Assembly: GCA_963749075.1 (NCBI GenBank)
Contig: CAVVLJ010000022.1
Span: 148,216 to 212,215, forward strand
Source of the DNA: an uncultured Pseudomonadota bacterium
GTDB taxonomy: Bacteria; Pseudomonadota; Alphaproteobacteria; JACZXZ01
Direction: 5' to 3'
DNA length: 64,000 bases
The notes under the pieces were generated by a model, which did no database searches, was not told where the DNA came from, and saw only the letters and a program-made list of their open reading frames with translations. Positions 43,883 through 54,720 of the stretch are shown in pieces. Position 1 is the stretch's first letter; the number at the start of each line of letters is the position of its first letter. The position numbers were made by a program, and so were the translations under genes.

Positions 43883-46800
43883 CTAAGCGGTCTTCTTAAC
43901 TGTCCCATCGTCAGCGATCCGTGCTTCAAGGGCTCGCGCCGACGCAACGCCTGACCGAACTAACACATCGAGACATTTTCCAAGTTCCTCCCTGACCTGG
44001 GCAAGGATCGTCGATGCTTCGGCATCGTTGCTCAGCGCCCGATCAATCCATACGCAAATACGGTGGCCAATGTGATGCTCGTTCCAGAAATTGGCGCCCA
44101 CGCCGTGCGCTTTGCACCACGCCGAGACCGCTTGCACAAAATCGGGCAAAAGTGCCGCACATGGATACGATTCTATTAACGTCAAAAAGACGACCGCCAC
44201 GTATCCCGACATTGGAGCCGACGTTACCAGTGGAGTGAGGATCGGCATGCATTCAAGCAGGCCGCTCCAGCGCTCCGGAATATGCGGGTGCCCTTGATTG
44301 GCCCATCTCGACGGTTGGTAAAACATTGCGTTGAGGGCATCGCCGAGATGTGTTTCGGCCATGAACGATGCTCGGTCGTTTAGTCTCTCCGCCATTCTCC
44401 CGCGCCACAGCCGGCTAGCGAATAGCGCGCGTGTACCGCGCGGATTGTCGGGCTGTTTGGTGTCGGTCGCGAGCGTCGCGCGATCGAATCCACGCAGGAA
44501 ACTGCCAACGGCATCATGGAAAGCTTCGTCGTGAAGCCGCGTCATTGGGTCCAGAAATAATATTCGCGACCGTTCAAACGGCAGAGCCACGCACAAAATT
44601 CCAAGAAAATCGAAATAACACATATTCCAGTGATCCGGTCGGTTCTCTCTCTCCCCCTCATCGTCACCGGGCGGTCCATTGTTCGCCTCAATCGTCCAAC
44701 CCATCAGATGATCCGCGAGGGCTACGACCCACTCGGCGGCGTTGCCGACAGCAAGACGGATGAGATGGCCAATCCAGATGCCGAGCGCGTGCTCGTCCAC
44801 ATATTCCTCCGGCGGCCGCTGCGGTGCTGGGCTTCGCTCATCTGCGCGCGCGTCGTGGCCAATTCGGATGCCGCGACGACGCCGAGAGTGCCACGGAGCC
44901 AATGCGGGCCATGCCGGTTCCGACCCAATGCCACCGAGCCATCTGCTCTCATCGCGTATCGCCACAGCACGGCGATCCAAATAGGACTCCAGGTTTGCCG
45001 CATCTTCTGCCGGTTCGAGCGTGCGCCGAGGATGGACAGCGGTCTCGAGGATGATCCGTGTTAGCGAACGCGCAAGCCGCGCATCCAGGCGATCAAATTC
45101 GTTCAGATGGATTCCAATGGCATTCAGGACAGCATGATCTTGCCGTCCGGCCAGCGCGAGCAGAGCATCCCTAGTCATGGAATCTTTGTTTCTGCGATAA
45201 AGCCCTGCATAGCCGACGGCAGCGATTGCCGCGACATTCGAATAAATTTGGCTGGCAGAGCGCGTGACAATGTCATCGGTCTCTTCGCTGACCGCAAGAT
45301 TGAGGATCGGCTTAGCCCACGCCTCTATGTCAGCGCGATCCGATCCCTCGTAATCCCGAGCCGCCAAAGCGGCGGCCATTACCACTGCGCGCGCGCGCCA
45401 TTGATGATCAAAGTCATCATGCTCCTCGCCGTCGGCGGACTTTGTTTTGTCCGCGTTGATCTGCGATTTTGCCCAGGAGATAGCTTGCGCCACGATTTCC
45501 GCCGTGGATTTCCCCGGGTCCGTCAATGCCGTTTGGATGCTCTGGCGCACATGAAGGTCTGCGACATTTGCATTCGAGCTCTCTCGCGCAGCATTGACCA
45601 GTGCTTCTTCCTCGGCTGCGAGCTGGTATTGATGCCCTTCGAATTCCTGACCATCGGCACGCCGGAAAGTTTTCCGCGGCCACTGCTTTACATCCGTCAT
45701 CCGCAATGCCCGTGCCGCTGTTGCGCTCAGACCGTAGATCGGGTCATTGTCATTAGGATAGGCATTCTGTGCGATGCGCTCGCGCGCGCGCTCGAGCGCT
45801 TCACGTAGCTTCGCATGAATGTCGGCAGGTCCCCTCAACGTGAACTGTCCAATCATATCTATCAGTTGTTGGCTACGAGACGGCCTCTCCAAAAGATCCG
45901 TGGTTTTGATGGGCCAGTGTGGGGGTTCTCGCTCCGGCATGAAAAACCTCCCCATGCCGGACACGTCCTGGGTGAAGCGCATATGATCGAAGTGCAGCAA
46001 TTCTGGCGTCGCTAACATCGGCCACGCCAAGTCCTTTGCTGTCTCCCAGTGCGACAGCACGAGATCAACGCCAACGCATACGAACGCCGCGCTTGAGCCT
46101 GACGGTCCCAACACCTCATGCAACACGTCGCCAAAGGAACGGCCCGACTCGATTTGACGGTGCGCCCATGCCTCAAGCGCCATCAGCGCCGAAGCGGCGA
46201 CAAGCGCCCCGGTACCTCCGCGCGCCCACTGATAAATCGCAAAGCTTCCTTCGAACGATTTGGAGCCATCCGGGAACGGAATTGTCATGACAGGGAATGT
46301 CAGTCCCTCTGCCATGCATCTTTCCCGATTCCAATTTGTCGCATACTCGACGACCCCTCGAACGAGCCGTAATCCGTCGCTTGCTGAATTATTGAGAAGT
46401 TCGAAGAATGGGCCCTGTCCCGGCGAACTGGGAATAAAATCGGTATCGAAAACCCCGAAGGGGTCCATGCGATCGTACCTTTGCCGGTAGGGGTCGTTTT
46501 CACGCTCCTTAGGAATGAGCACTGCCAGTGCGAAATCAGCCAGCGCGGCAGGAGCCGCCTTTGCCGTAGAACCATATAACCGCAAGATATTCCGTGCTTC
46601 ACGATCCGTGTCGGGATCGGTCTTCCGGAGATAACTTGCGGCCAGTTCCGGATTCAAATGACAAAAAGCAAGGAAGGTCATACGAACGTCTTCGTAGACA
46701 CCGCGCGGATTGTCAAAGTTCAGGTCCAATCCTTTCGCCTTGCGCTTATCCCGAATTGCGATCGGATGCATCGCTTCCTCGATGCGCGTCAGCCAGTCGT

Positions 46801-49125
46801 AGAGCTTCAGGACGATCAATGCGTTGATTTCCGGCACAAGGGCCTGAGTCGCCATCAGCCACAATTGGAACAGTTTTACGATGTCCGGAATGACCGCGCT
46901 TGGCAGGCGGTCCAACTTGCTCAATACCCAAAGCACCAACGGCATCCAGCCGGGCCCCGTTGGCATCACCATCGTTGCGGAATCTCCTCGGCAATGGGGA
47001 TTGCTGGTTCTGAACGCGCTATGATTTTCCCAAGCGGCTCTGACTCCACCGCGATCATAAGTCGGATGATGTCTTTCAGTCGCCGCCCTTTGTCCGCAAC
47101 AAGTGCCCCTTCGACGCGATCGAACAATTCCAGTGCGTTTTCGGAGTGGGGCAGTGCCAACAAAATTGGCCGGCGCCAACTGCCGTGACAGCCGTCGCGT
47201 TCAAAATTTGCCAACAGGGAAAGCCAACGAGCACCCGTCGTATCGCCCTGAAGCGCAAGCCGCGCCGCGACTTCGATCCCACGCGAAAGGGCACCGGGCA
47301 ATGGCCGGTCCGTCAGAAGAACCGTCAGGAGTTCGGGCTTCTCAACAAGCAGAAATCCAACCGTCCAGTCGCGCAGAGTATCGTGCCAGAACGCAACCGT
47401 AGCGCCGGCGCGGTCTTCACGCAGGCTCTCAACCCGCAGGAGTTCCGCTATTGTCTTCGAATCCAGCTCATCGGCGTTAAATGCGGCAAGACCTGGCCGT
47501 TGGATCGCCCGCTCGCCGAGGGTGCGGAGAAGTTTCAAGCGCTCCCACTTTCCCTCTTCGAAACGCCCGCCACCAAATCGCCACCACGCATTGGCAAGGT
47601 CAATCTCATTCACGAGCGTTGGCTCCGACTGACCGTCCGGCGCCGCCGGATTAATCATTCGCGACAAATGAAAGAGATTGCGCGCCATCGCTCGAGCTGG
47701 ATGCGTGCTGCTAAGCAAAGCCGACAGCGCTGGATTACCAGCCCGCAGCACACCCGCTTCGGCATCCGTGATTTCTCCGACGCGAACGCTTTGCCAGGGC
47801 ATCTCCCGCAAATCATCGGGCAGGTTCCCGCGCCACTCCTTATTCTCGGATCGCACGGTGAACACGGATCGCCACCCGGGGCACTCTTCCACGCCGCGCA
47901 GGAGATCGCGCAGCGTGACCCACGCCTCTGCGTCGTCAATCTGGTCGATGTTATCTATGAAAAGGGTAGCGCCGCCGCCGCACCCCAATTCGTTGAACAG
48001 CTCGTTGCGGCTAACGGTACAACCAATGACATGTGCCATCTTGAGCCATCCGCCGCCGACGATGCGGCCTGGTGTGAGCACAAGAAGGGTGCCTTCGTCC
48101 TGGAGGCGCATCGCAATTGACTTGAGAACGGCAGATTTACCGACACCCGATGGCCCGACGATCTGCACTGTGCTCGCTTGCTCAAGAGCTTGATAGCCTT
48201 CTTCGACCACTTCCGCGCGCGAAAGCCGCACCCCGCCTACATTGTCCTTGATGTCAGCGAGCGCATGGCTCGCCGATTCTCTCAGCCTTGCGTGTACGGC
48301 ACGAAGGTCTGCTCGGTTCCCAAATCGGAATCCGTATTTTTCTGAAAGATCGCGAGCCAGCGTTGGCCGATCGATTTCACCACCCACTGCATCGCGCGCC
48401 AGCGCCTCATCAATTATTATCGACCACAGCTCCGCTGCACGAGCGACTTGATCCGGCGCAAGGACCGTATGCGCCCGCTCACGAGCTCGGTGATCATAGT
48501 CTGACGCAGGTGCTTCAAAATCGAAGACGAGAATTTGAAAGCGCCGCAGCAGCCGCCAGACCGTGTCCTCATCGGTCGGCGCCCCACAAGCCGCAAGGTG
48601 ATGACAAAAGGCATGAACGAAGTCGCCCATGCCCTTTGAAGAAAACCCTGGTCGGGCCATGTGCGCGGCGAATGATGCGCCGCTGGTGAGCTGGCGCGCC
48701 CAGAGGAGGACTTCTTGGCAATGTCTCTCGATGCGCGTTGATGTCCGCGCGATCGCAACCGCCAACTCGTACCGCGCCGTGTCAAATTGGGGTTTCTGCG
48801 AGGATGCGTATAGGCGTCGAATGACCTCGCCGAACTGAGAATTCGAAGGCACAAAATCGATTGTCCGTTTGGCTTGGATGTCCAGAAAGGCTTCCGAGCC
48901 GTCGGCATTGATGGCATTGACTGTCACATCGTCGAGGGGGCTGCCGTGAGCCGCCTGCTGAAACCGGACGGATTGCACGGACGCACCTGGAAGGCCGCGC
49001 GGCTCGCCATGTGCGAGTAGCGACAGCAGGTAAAAAGCGCCAACCTTCCCCTCAAACCGGGGCCCGGCCGGCCCGGTCGATGCCGGAGGGGTTGCAGCTT
49101 TCAGGTCGGGGCGGTTATCGGCCAC
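43883..49125 (-). CDS. Large PD-(D/E)xK nuclease - STAND-type ATPase (~1747 aa), Avs-like; 1-bp frameshift near 46978
   Basis: N-terminal GPRFEGKVG...PLDDV...DIQAK; Walker A GPSGVGKS; Walker B LFIDNID; long helical C-terminus; adding one base joins EEIP-ATMVMPTGPGW. Confidence 0.8.
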
Positions 49126-49588
49126 GAGCGATTATGTTCTTGATACGTTCGGATCGCAAGAAGTATCGCAATCGCAGGACATACAGACCCCAAATTCGGA
49201 CCATTCTCGATTGCCAGTCTGTCGAGAAAGATCCGACAAAACGCCGGTAACCCTTGCGGGCTCGTGGGCAATCTGTCCAGCTAGTAGATCAAGACCAGCC
49301 GTCAGCGATTTGCGGTGAACTCCAAATCATGCTACGGCGTCGGCTTACGGGGGCGATGCCCTTCTTCCCTGCAAGACAATGTGAGGCAACGCGTGCAGAC
49401 GCCCTTTTGATCGAAGGTTGACCATGCAAAATTCGCCGATCTCAGCGCGAAAATCGTTCGCCAGCAGCCTTTTCGTTGATTTTCAACATGCATATCAATG
49501 GGTTATAAGGAATCCTCGGGTTGTGGCCAACCTACACAACTCCTGCACAGTTATAAAATGATAATAATTATCTAGGAATATCAAATAA

Positions 49589-51271
49589 ATGGCGTCTTAC
49601 CAATACATCTACGTCATGAACGGTCTCACGAAGGCCTTTGCCGGCGGCCGGCAGGTGCTCAAGGACATTCGCCTGTCGTTCTTTCCGGGCGCCAAGATCG
49701 GCGTGCTCGGTCCGAACGGCGCGGGGAAGTCGACGCTGCTCCGCATCATGGCGGGGCTGGACGGCGATTTCACCGGCGAGGCCTGGGCGGCCGAGGGCGT
49801 CAAGGCGGGCCTGCTCTCGCAGGAGCCCCAGCTCGATCCCACCAAGGACGTGATGGGCAACGTGCTCGAGGGGGTTGCCGAGAAGAAGGCGCTCCTCGAG
49901 CGCTTCGAGGCGGTGAGCGCGCGCTTTGCCGAGCCGCTCGAGGAGGCGGAGATGAACGCCCTCATCGCCGAGCAGGCCGAGCTCCAGGAGAAGATCGACG
50001 CCGTCGGCGGCTGGGAGCTCGAGCGCCAGGTCGAGATCGCCATGGATGCGCTCCGCTGCCCGCCCGGCGACGCGGCGATCGCCGCGCTCTCGGGCGGCGA
50101 GCGCCGCCGGGTGGCGCTCTGCCGGCTCCTCCTTGCCCATCCCGATCTCTTGCTCCTCGACGAGCCGACGAACCACCTGGACGCGGAGTTGGTGGCCTGG
50201 CTCGAGCGCTTCCTCTCCGAATACGACGGCACGGTGGTGGCGGTGACCCACGACCGCTATTTCCTCGACAACATCGCGGGCTGGATCCTCGAGCTCGACC
50301 GCGGCCGCGGCATTCCCTTCAAGGGCAACTACTCCTCCTGGCTCGAGCAGAAATCGAAGCGCCTGGAGCAGGAGGAGAAGGAGGAGCATGGGCGCCAGCG
50401 CGAGCTCGCCCGCGAGCTCGAGTGGATACGCCAGTCGCCCCGCGCGCGCCAGGCCAAGAGCAAGGCGCGCGTGAGCTCCTACGAGACGCTGCTCGCCGAG
50501 AGCCGCGAGCGCGCCCCCGATCAGGCCCAGATCGTCATCCCGGCCGGCCCGCGCCTGGGCGATCTCGTCGTCCAGGCCGAGCATCTCAGCAAGGCCTATG
50601 GCGACCGCCTCCTCATCGAGGATCTGAGCTTCCGCGTGCCTCCCGGCGCCATCGTCGGCATCATCGGGCCCAATGGTGCGGGCAAGACGACGCTCTTCCG
50701 CATGATCGTAGGCGCCGAGCAGCCCGACGCCGGGACGCTCCGCTTAGGCGACACGGTCAAGCTCGGCTACGTCGATCAGTCGCGCGACGCGCTCCGCGCG
50801 GAGAAGACCGTGTGGGAGGAGATCTCCGGCGGCCTCGACCAGCTCGAGCTCGGCAAGCACCGCATGGCGAGCCGCGCCTACGTCGCCGCCTTCAACTTCA
50901 AAGGCGCGGATCAGCAGAAGAAGGTGGGCCAGCTCTCGGGCGGCGAGCGCAACCGCGTGCATCTCGCCAAGATGCTCAAGTCGGGCGCCAACCTGCTGCT
51001 CCTCGACGAGCCGAGCAACGACCTCGACGTCGACACCTTGAGGGCGCTCGAGGACGCGCTCCTCGCCTTTGCCGGCTGCGTCATGGTGATCAGCCACGAC
51101 CGCTGGTTCCTCGACCGCATCGCGACGCACATCGTCGCCTTCGAGGGCGACAGCGCGGTCGTGTGGTTCGAGGGCAATTACTCGGCCTACGAGGCCGACC
51201 GGCGGCGCCGCCTCGGCGAGGCGGCGGAGCAGCCCCACCGCATCAAGTACAAGCCGCTGGTGCGTGCCTGA
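49589..51271 (+). CDS. ettA: Energy-dependent translational throttle ABC-F protein
   Basis: [32 protein letters not shown], two ABC domains, ARQAKSKAR linker, PHRIKYKPL. Confidence 0.96.
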   Translation: MASYQYIYVMNGLTKAFAGGRQVLKDIRLSFFPGAKIGVLGPNGAGKSTLLRIMAGLDGDFTGEAWAAEGVKAGLLSQEPQLDPTKDVMGNVLEGVAEKKALLERFEAVSARFAEPLEEAEMNALIAEQAELQEKIDAVGGWELERQVEIAMDALRCPPGDAAIAALSGGERRRVALCRLLLAHPDLLLLDEPTNHLDAELVAWLERFLSEYDGTVVAVTHDRYFLDNIAGWILELDRGRGIPFKGNYSSWLEQKSKRLEQEEKEEHGRQRELARELEWIRQSPRARQAKSKARVSSYETLLAESRERAPDQAQIVIPAGPRLGDLVVQAEHLSKAYGDRLLIEDLSFRVPPGAIVGIIGPNGAGKTTLFRMIVGAEQPDAGTLRLGDTVKLGYVDQSRDALRAEKTVWEEISGGLDQLELGKHRMASRAYVAAFNFKGADQQKKVGQLSGGERNRVHLAKMLKSGANLLLLDEPSNDLDVDTLRALEDALLAFAGCVMVISHDRWFLDRIATHIVAFEGDSAVVWFEGNYSAYEADRRRRLGEAAEQPHRIKYKPLVRA

Positions 51272-51274
51272 GGC

Positions 51275-51904
51275 TCAGCTCTTCGCCTTGAGCTCGACGA
51301 TCTTGTCGCGCATGAGCGCTGTGAGGTTCGCCACATCGCCGTTGTTGCGGCGGAGCACGGAGGTGAACTCCGAGCGCTGGGTCACCAGGAGGCTCACGCC
51401 CTCGACCACCACGTCGATGATCTTGTAGGCGTCGTCGACCTTGCGCACGCGCCACTGCACCTCGGTCGGCTCGTCGCCCGGCTTGCCGATGCCGGTGAAC
51501 ACCCAGGCGCCGTTGTCGCCGTCAGGGCTCGCCTTGTTGACGGTGAAGCTCTCGCCGGCGTAGCTGTTGAAGCGCACCGCGTAGGTCTGCACCACATAGT
51601 CCTTGAAGACCTGGAGATAGGCCTCGCGCTCGCTCTCCGAGACCTTGTGGCCGTAGATGCCGAGGACGAAGAGGCCGATGGCGCGCACGTCGAAGCCATC
51701 GAGGAAGAGCGCCGCGAGCGCCTTGACGCGCTCGTCCTTGCTCATCCCCTTGTCCTTGAGGATGCGGATCACCCGGTCGGCAAGCGTGGTTACGAACTGG
51801 GACGACGGGGCGGTGATGTCCTCGGCGCGTGCCGCAACGGGCGCGAGCATGACGCCGAGGGAGGCGCAAGCGGCCGAAATGAGGAGCGTGCGACGTTGGT
51901 ACAT
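51275..51904 (-). CDS. mlaC: MlaC/Ttg2D phospholipid-binding protein
   Basis: Signal peptide; KIIDVVVEGVSLLVTQRSEFTSVL. Confidence 0.88.
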   Translation of the reverse strand: MYQRRTLLISAACASLGVMLAPVAARAEDITAPSSQFVTTLADRVIRILKDKGMSKDERVKALAALFLDGFDVRAIGLFVLGIYGHKVSESEREAYLQVFKDYVVQTYAVRFNSYAGESFTVNKASPDGDNGAWVFTGIGKPGDEPTEVQWRVRKVDDAYKIIDVVVEGVSLLVTQRSEFTSVLRRNNGDVANLTALMRDKIVELKAKS

Positions 51905-51913
51905 GGCAGTGCT

Positions 51914-52984
51914 TTACGGCTCGTTATGGGGCCAGGTGGTGGATTTGGGAACGGCGATGCCGGGGTCAGGAGCGGCCTGCCCGACGGGGCGGAGGCTCGC
52001 GGTCTCCACGGCGGCTGCAGGCAGCGCGGCCGGAGGCGCCGCGGGCGCGGGTGCCGCAGCCAGAGGCACGGCGACAGGTACCTCTGCCACAGGGATAGCG
52101 GTCACAGGCAGGGCGGCCACGGGTAAAGCTGCTGCAGGCACGGCGGCTGTGGGCACGGTGGCTGCGGGAGCGGCGGCCTCAGGCACCGCGGGCGCCGGCG
52201 CGCGCTTCTCCGAGATCGACGGCGCCGGGAAGTTGGCGCCGCCCTTGCCGGAGCGGATCTGATCCGCGCGGTGCTGCCGGTAGAGGCTGCGCAGCGTCGC
52301 GTAGTAGTCGACCGAGGTGCGGCGCAGCTCGTCGAGCGGCTCGATGAGCGGCTCGCGCTTGTCGATGCCCTCGAAGGCGAAGCGCGCGGCCTGCTCGATG
52401 AGCGTCGCGTAATAGCCGACGGGATCCATGAAGGAATCGACCGCCAGCCCGATCGCGTCGCGCGGGTTCGACGGCCCGAAGAGCGGCAGCATCAGATAGA
52501 ATTCCTCGCCCATGCCCCATTTCGCCAGCGTCACGCCGAAGTCGGTGTCGTGGCTCGGCACGCCGGTCATGCTCGCCACGTCGAAGAAGCCGCCTACCCC
52601 GGCGGTGATGTTGATGAGGAAGCGCAGCACGGTCTCCGCGGCGCTGTTGGTCTCGCCCTGCAGGAGGTAGTTGCCGAAGACGGCCGGCGTGTGCACGGTC
52701 ACGATCATGTTGTGCAGGCCGTGGCGCAGCTCTTCGGGCACGACGCGGTAGGCTTCCGCCACCGGCTTGGCGATGTGGTCGTCGAGAAAGAGATTGAACT
52801 CGAAGATATCCCGGTTGGCCGGCTCGAAAGGATCGTTGGCCTCATTGAAGGCAGCGAGCGCGTCGGGATCGGTCGGCGGCTCGGCGCAGCCCGCAAAGAG
52901 CAGCGGCATTGCTACGATCAGCGCTAGCCGCAAGGCGGCTCCGGAGGATGCGGCGGTTCTGCGAAGGATCGAGCTGGCAGGCAT
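51914..52984 (-). CDS. mlaA: MlaA/VacJ lipoprotein with an Ala/Pro/Val-rich tail
   Basis: Lipobox FAGC; DPFEPANR; RFLINIT.GVGG; DFGVTL; LPLFGPSNPRD; DYYATLRSLYRQHR. Confidence 0.9.
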   Translation of the reverse strand: MPASSILRRTAASSGAALRLALIVAMPLLFAGCAEPPTDPDALAAFNEANDPFEPANRDIFEFNLFLDDHIAKPVAEAYRVVPEELRHGLHNMIVTVHTPAVFGNYLLQGETNSAAETVLRFLINITAGVGGFFDVASMTGVPSHDTDFGVTLAKWGMGEEFYLMLPLFGPSNPRDAIGLAVDSFMDPVGYYATLIEQAARFAFEGIDKREPLIEPLDELRRTSVDYYATLRSLYRQHRADQIRSGKGGANFPAPSISEKRAPAPAVPEAAAPAATVPTAAVPAAALPVAALPVTAIPVAEVPVAVPLAAAPAPAAPPAALPAAAVETASLRPVGQAAPDPGIAVPKSTTWPHNEP

Positions 52985-53638
52985 ATCGATCAGTCCCGTT
53001 CCATTCTCTATGCACTCCTCGCCTGCACGGGACATGGAGCCACGCCCAGTCGAGAAGCGTCTTAATGCCGTGTCAACGAACCGTCCCCCGGCTTCCCCGC
53101 GCCGCGCTGCCACCCTCAGGATAGCCCCCGTCCTCCCCGCGGCCCCCAGGTGGGCGCCGCGCAAGCACCGACCGAATTGACCTAACACAGGACCCGCCAA
53201 AAAACCAGTGGGCTGCGCCGCATCCCCAAGTGCCATTTGCCGCTCTGTTGCAGATTTGTCGCGTTTTCGGCGGGGGCTTTGCGGATGCTCTGCGCCACTG
53301 CGGACGCGCAGAGCTTCGGGCGCGCCACCGCAGCTGCCGCCGCCAGGCGGGAAAACAGGCGTAACGCTTTGACTTTCCGCCGATTCCGCGGCCGGAAGAC
53401 CGCCGCATTGCGGCTCACGAAGTTGTGAAAATCGCTCTTCGCGCTCACCGTCGCGAAGGCGCCCTCGGCCCTCTCCGCGCTGTGCCCGCCTAAGTGCAAA
53501 GGCGGGCCCTGTTGCCATCCGATCCCTCTCCCCGCGCGATCTTCGGCATGGCGCGCCATGACTGAGGATAGGCCGCGCAAAGACCGTTCCATGCGCCAAG
53601 ACAGCCGCGCGCGAGGCTGTCGCGCTTTGAGCTTGCAT

Positions 53639-53658
53639 CCATAAAGATATGTTTATAT
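53639..53658. promoter_or_regulatory. SahR-type operator overlapping the promoter
   Basis: Imperfect palindrome ATAAAGATATGTTTAT between TTGCAT (-35-like) and TATGGT, upstream of the ArsR-methyltransferase gene. Confidence 0.7.
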
Positions 53659-53751
53659 GGTTATGCTCAATCCGGTATGGCGAAAGGGCGAGAAGCGATG
53701 AGCAGCGAGGAACGGGCGAGCCTTTTTGCCGCGTCCGCGGGCGAGAGCGGC

Positions 53752-54720
53752 ATGGAGAGGCTGCTCGAGGGCTTGCGCGCGGTGGCAGAGCCGACGCGGT
53801 TGCGGCTGCTGGTCCTCTGCGCCCATGGCGAGCTCAGCGTGACCGAGCTCACCCAGATCCTCGGCCAGAGCCAGCCGCGCGTCTCGCGCCACTTGAAGCT
53901 CCTCTGCGAGGCGGGGCTGCTCGCGCGCTTCCGCGAAGGCACCCACGCCTTCTACACGCTCGCCCGCGAGGGCGAGGTGGCGCGCCTGGCCGAGCTCCTC
54001 GTCGATCTCATGCCGGACGGCGACCGCACCCTGGTCCTCGACCTCGAGCGTCTCGAGGCGATCAAGGCGGCGAGGAGCGCCGCCGCCGCCGAATACTTCC
54101 GCGAGAATGCCGCGCGCTGGGACCGCATCCGCTCGCTCTACATCGACGAGGCGCTGGTCGAGAAGGCGCTGCTCGAGCTCTTGCCGCGCGAGGGCCTGCG
54201 CGATTTCGTCGACGTGGGCACCGGCACGGGGCGCATCCTCGAGCTGGTGGCGCCGCGCGCCCAGCGTGCCGTCGGCATCGACCTCTCGCGCGAGATGCTG
54301 GCCGTGGCGCGCGCGCGTATCGAGAAGGCGGGCCTGCGCAACGTCAACGTGCGCCACGGCGACATGTACCAGCTGCCCTGGCCGAGCGGCTCCTTCGATG
54401 CCGCCACCCTCCACCAGGTGCTGCATTTCGCCGACGATCCGGCAAGCGCCATCGCCGAGGTGGCGCGCGTCCTGCGCCCGGGCGGCACCCTCGTCATCGT
54501 CGATTTTGCACCCCACGAGCTCGAGTATCTGCAGAGCGAGCACGCCCATCGCCGCCTCGGCCTCAACGACGCCGACGTGCAGCAATGGTGCCGCGCCGCC
54601 GGCCTCATGCCCAAGCGCACCTCGGAGCTGCCCGGCGACCCGCTCACGGTCATGATCTGGTGCGCCCGCCGGGTGGGTGCGGAGAAGGCGCGCGCCCCAG
54701 CCGCGCGCCGCGTGGGCTGA
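53752..54720 (+). CDS. ArsR HTH + SAM-binding domain regulator (SahR/SamR-like)
   Basis: AEPTRLRLL, QSQPRVSRHLKLL, DVGTGTG, HQVLHF; precedes metF-metH. Confidence 0.9.
   Translation: MERLLEGLRAVAEPTRLRLLVLCAHGELSVTELTQILGQSQPRVSRHLKLLCEAGLLARFREGTHAFYTLAREGEVARLAELLVDLMPDGDRTLVLDLERLEAIKAARSAAAAEYFRENAARWDRIRSLYIDEALVEKALLELLPREGLRDFVDVGTGTGRILELVAPRAQRAVGIDLSREMLAVARARIEKAGLRNVNVRHGDMYQLPWPSGSFDAATLHQVLHFADDPASAIAEVARVLRPGGTLVIVDFAPHELEYLQSEHAHRRLGLNDADVQQWCRAAGLMPKRTSELPGDPLTVMIWCARRVGAEKARAPAARRVG

Larger units (their letters stand above)
41355..49614. mobile_element. 8.2-kb integrative element in the 5' end of ettA
   Basis: Flanking direct repeats, adjacent tyrosine integrase, arm repeats at both ends, lower GC than the flanks. 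Confidence 0.9.
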
